A stretch of 63,594 bases of DNA, counting the filler, from Chiloscyllium plagiosum (lineage: Eukaryota), in NCBI RefSeq assembly GCF_004010195.1. It is 5 parts of one record of this genome, joined end to end, with 100 filler letters (N's around TTAATTAATTAA, not from the genome) between each part and the next. Parts side by side here need not be neighbours in the genome. Positions count along the whole stretch, not along the records: positions 61,588 to 63,594 come from NC_057716.1; 4 more parts are not named here. One strand, written 5' to 3'. Positions 61,588-63,594 of the stretch are shown piece by piece; position 1 is the stretch's first letter, and the number at the start of each line of letters is the position of its first letter. The notes beneath the pieces were generated by a model. The model had not been told where the DNA came from, made no database searches, and saw only the letters and a program-made list of their open reading frames with translations. Position numbers and translations under genes: made by a program.

Positions 61588-62025
61588 CGGGTTTCACCAG
61601 TTTCCTCATTTCCCCTCCCCCCACCTTGTCTCAGTCAAATCCATCGAACTCAGCACCGCCTTCCTAACCTGCAATCTTCTTCCTGACCTCTCCGCCCCCA
61701 CCCCACTCCGGCCACCCTCACTCACCTTGACCTCTTTCCACCTATNNNNNNNNNNNNNNNNNNNNNNNNNNNNNNNNNNNNNNNNNNNNNNNNNNNNNNN
61801 NNNNNNNNNNNNNCCACCCCTCTCCGGCCTAACACCCTCACCTTAACCTCCTTCCACCTATTGTGTTCCCAACGCCCCTCCCCCAAGTCCCTCCTCCCTA
61901 CCTTTTATCTTAGCCTGATTGGCACACCCTCCTCATTCCTGAAGAAGGGCTTATGCCTGAAATGTAGATTCTCCTGTTCCCTGGATGCTGCCAGACCTGC
62001 TGCACTTCTACAGCAACACATTTTC
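61588..62025 (+). mobile_element. PLE-A 3' end (contains a gap); hammerhead motif at 61939
   Basis: Highly similar to 19995-20316. Confidence 0.9.
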
Positions 62026-62029
62026 ATAC

Positions 62030-62372
62030 CTGCTAACACCCTGGTGCATGTCTTCTGAACTCTCTCCAGTTTATAATATCCTTCCTATAACAGGGTGACC
62101 AAAACTGTACACAGTATTCCAGAAAAGGCCTCATCAACATCCTGTACAACCTCAACATGATGTCGCAAAGATCTGAGCAATGAAGGCAAATGTGCTGAAT
62201 GCTTTCTTAACCATCTACCCGTGATGCGCACTGCAAAGAATTATGTAGTTGAACCCATAGGTCTCTCTGTTCTACAGCACTATCCAGGGCACTGCCATTA
62301 ACTGGATAAGTCATGCCCCTGTTTGTTTTACCAAAATGCAATATCTCACATTTATCCAAATTGAGCTCCATC
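62030..62372 (-). mobile_element. CR1 RT fragment
   Basis: Antisense QMELNLDKCEILHFG, LRLYRMLMRPFLEYCVQFW. Confidence 0.88.
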
Positions 62373-63069
62373 TGGTTTGGAGAGGGGAGAAGTGGTAGTG
62401 AACAGAGTGTAGAATCTGTTCTGAGCCCTAACTGAATGTGTGGTGGGTAAGGGTTGAGGCTGTGGGCTGGGTCAGGGGATCACTTATTAGTGCATTGAGC
62501 TAGAGCCAGTTACAAAGTGTGGATAGGTTAAGATAAGTCACAGATTAGAGAAACACATGGACTTACTGGTTAATGAAGCAGACTCAGCTGAGAACTGACA
62601 ATCTGACTGAGGGCTCCACTCCCTTACTCTGGAGCGTGGCTGCTGCCAGAACTGTGTCTGATTTGGGACAGGGGTTGGGGGTTTTGGATCTGGGTTAGGC
62701 TCGACCTGTTGCACACTGTGTGAAGATTGGTGCCGCACTGGGGGAGATCAGTGAACCCATGGCAGGTAGGGACGGCTGTTGGCTGGATACCAGGAGATAT
62801 TGACTGGTTCAGGTATTCCAACCACACACTCAGCTCCATCAAAAAAAATGTATTAGCTTCCTATGCCTTTGAGCAGCCATCATTAAAGACTGATCTGATC
62901 CTGTTTGGAACAAGTCCAGGTTAATTACTGGACATAATGAATGCTTTGAACTGGACGTTTGAGATAACTTACTGCTTCCTACCCTGAGAGTGGGTCTCTC
63001 TCTTTCACTGATCTCCTGGTGCACTCATCTCTATTCTTCCACAGAGGGCATCTTCAAACATTTTCAACA

Positions 63070-63594
63070 TGCTTTTTATCATTTACGTAAATGATTTGGA
63101 TGTGAATATAGGAGTTATGGTTAGTAAATTTGCAGATGACAGCAAAATTGGAGGTGTAGTGGACAGCGAAGAGGGTTACCTCAGATTACAACAGGATCTT
63201 GTCAGCCCATTGGCCCATCGGATCAAGTGACAGATGGAGTTTAATTCAGATAAATGTGAGGTGCTGCATTTTCGGAAAGCAAATCTTAGCAGGACTTATA
63301 CAGGTCCTCGGGAGTGTTGCTGAACAAAGAGACCTTGGAGTGCAGGTTCATAGCTCCTTGAAAATGGAGTCACAGGTAGATAGGATAGTGAAGAAGGCAT
63401 TTGATATGCTTTCCTTTATTGGTCAGAGTATTGAGTACAGGATTTGGGAGGTCATGTTGCGGCTGTACAGGACATTGGTTAGGCCACTGTTGGAATATTG
63501 TGTGCAATTCTGGTCTCCTTCCTATCGGAAAGATGTTGTGAAACTTGAAAGGGTTCAGAAAAGATTTACAAGGATGTTGCCAGGGTTGGAGGAT
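63070..63594 (+). mobile_element. CR1 RT fragment running off the window end
   Basis: IYVNDLD..SKFADDSK, LYRTLVRPLLEYCVQFWSP. Confidence 0.95.

Overview
Repeat-dominated eukaryotic genomic DNA, not prokaryotic. The repeat set (HE1/V-SINE, HER1/CR1 LINEs, Deu-domain SINE, Penelope-like elements) points to a cartilaginous fish, probably a shark (inference). I find no supportable host protein-coding exon; nearly all listed ORFs are retroelement fragments, antisense shadows of them, or artefacts of the satellite and the N gaps. Contents: (1) a CpG-rich ~31-bp satellite (1-1176) next to a 500-N gap; (2) a decayed retrovirus-type gag-PR-RT-tether-RNase H segment (~2226-4975); (3) about 25 CR1/L2 LINE fragments, including SGNH-esterase ORF1 and APE endonuclease pieces; (4) tRNA-derived SINEs; (5) a probable solo LTR; (6) about 18 pieces of at least four Penelope-like (PLE) families whose 3' ends carry minimal hammerhead ribozyme motifs. 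The most striking structure is a set of 180-450 bp fold-back PLE mini-elements: two inverted hammerhead-bearing termini, a one-sided 3' tail and 7-17 bp target-site duplications (TSDs). Family labels A-D are my own. Coordinates of old repeats are approximate.
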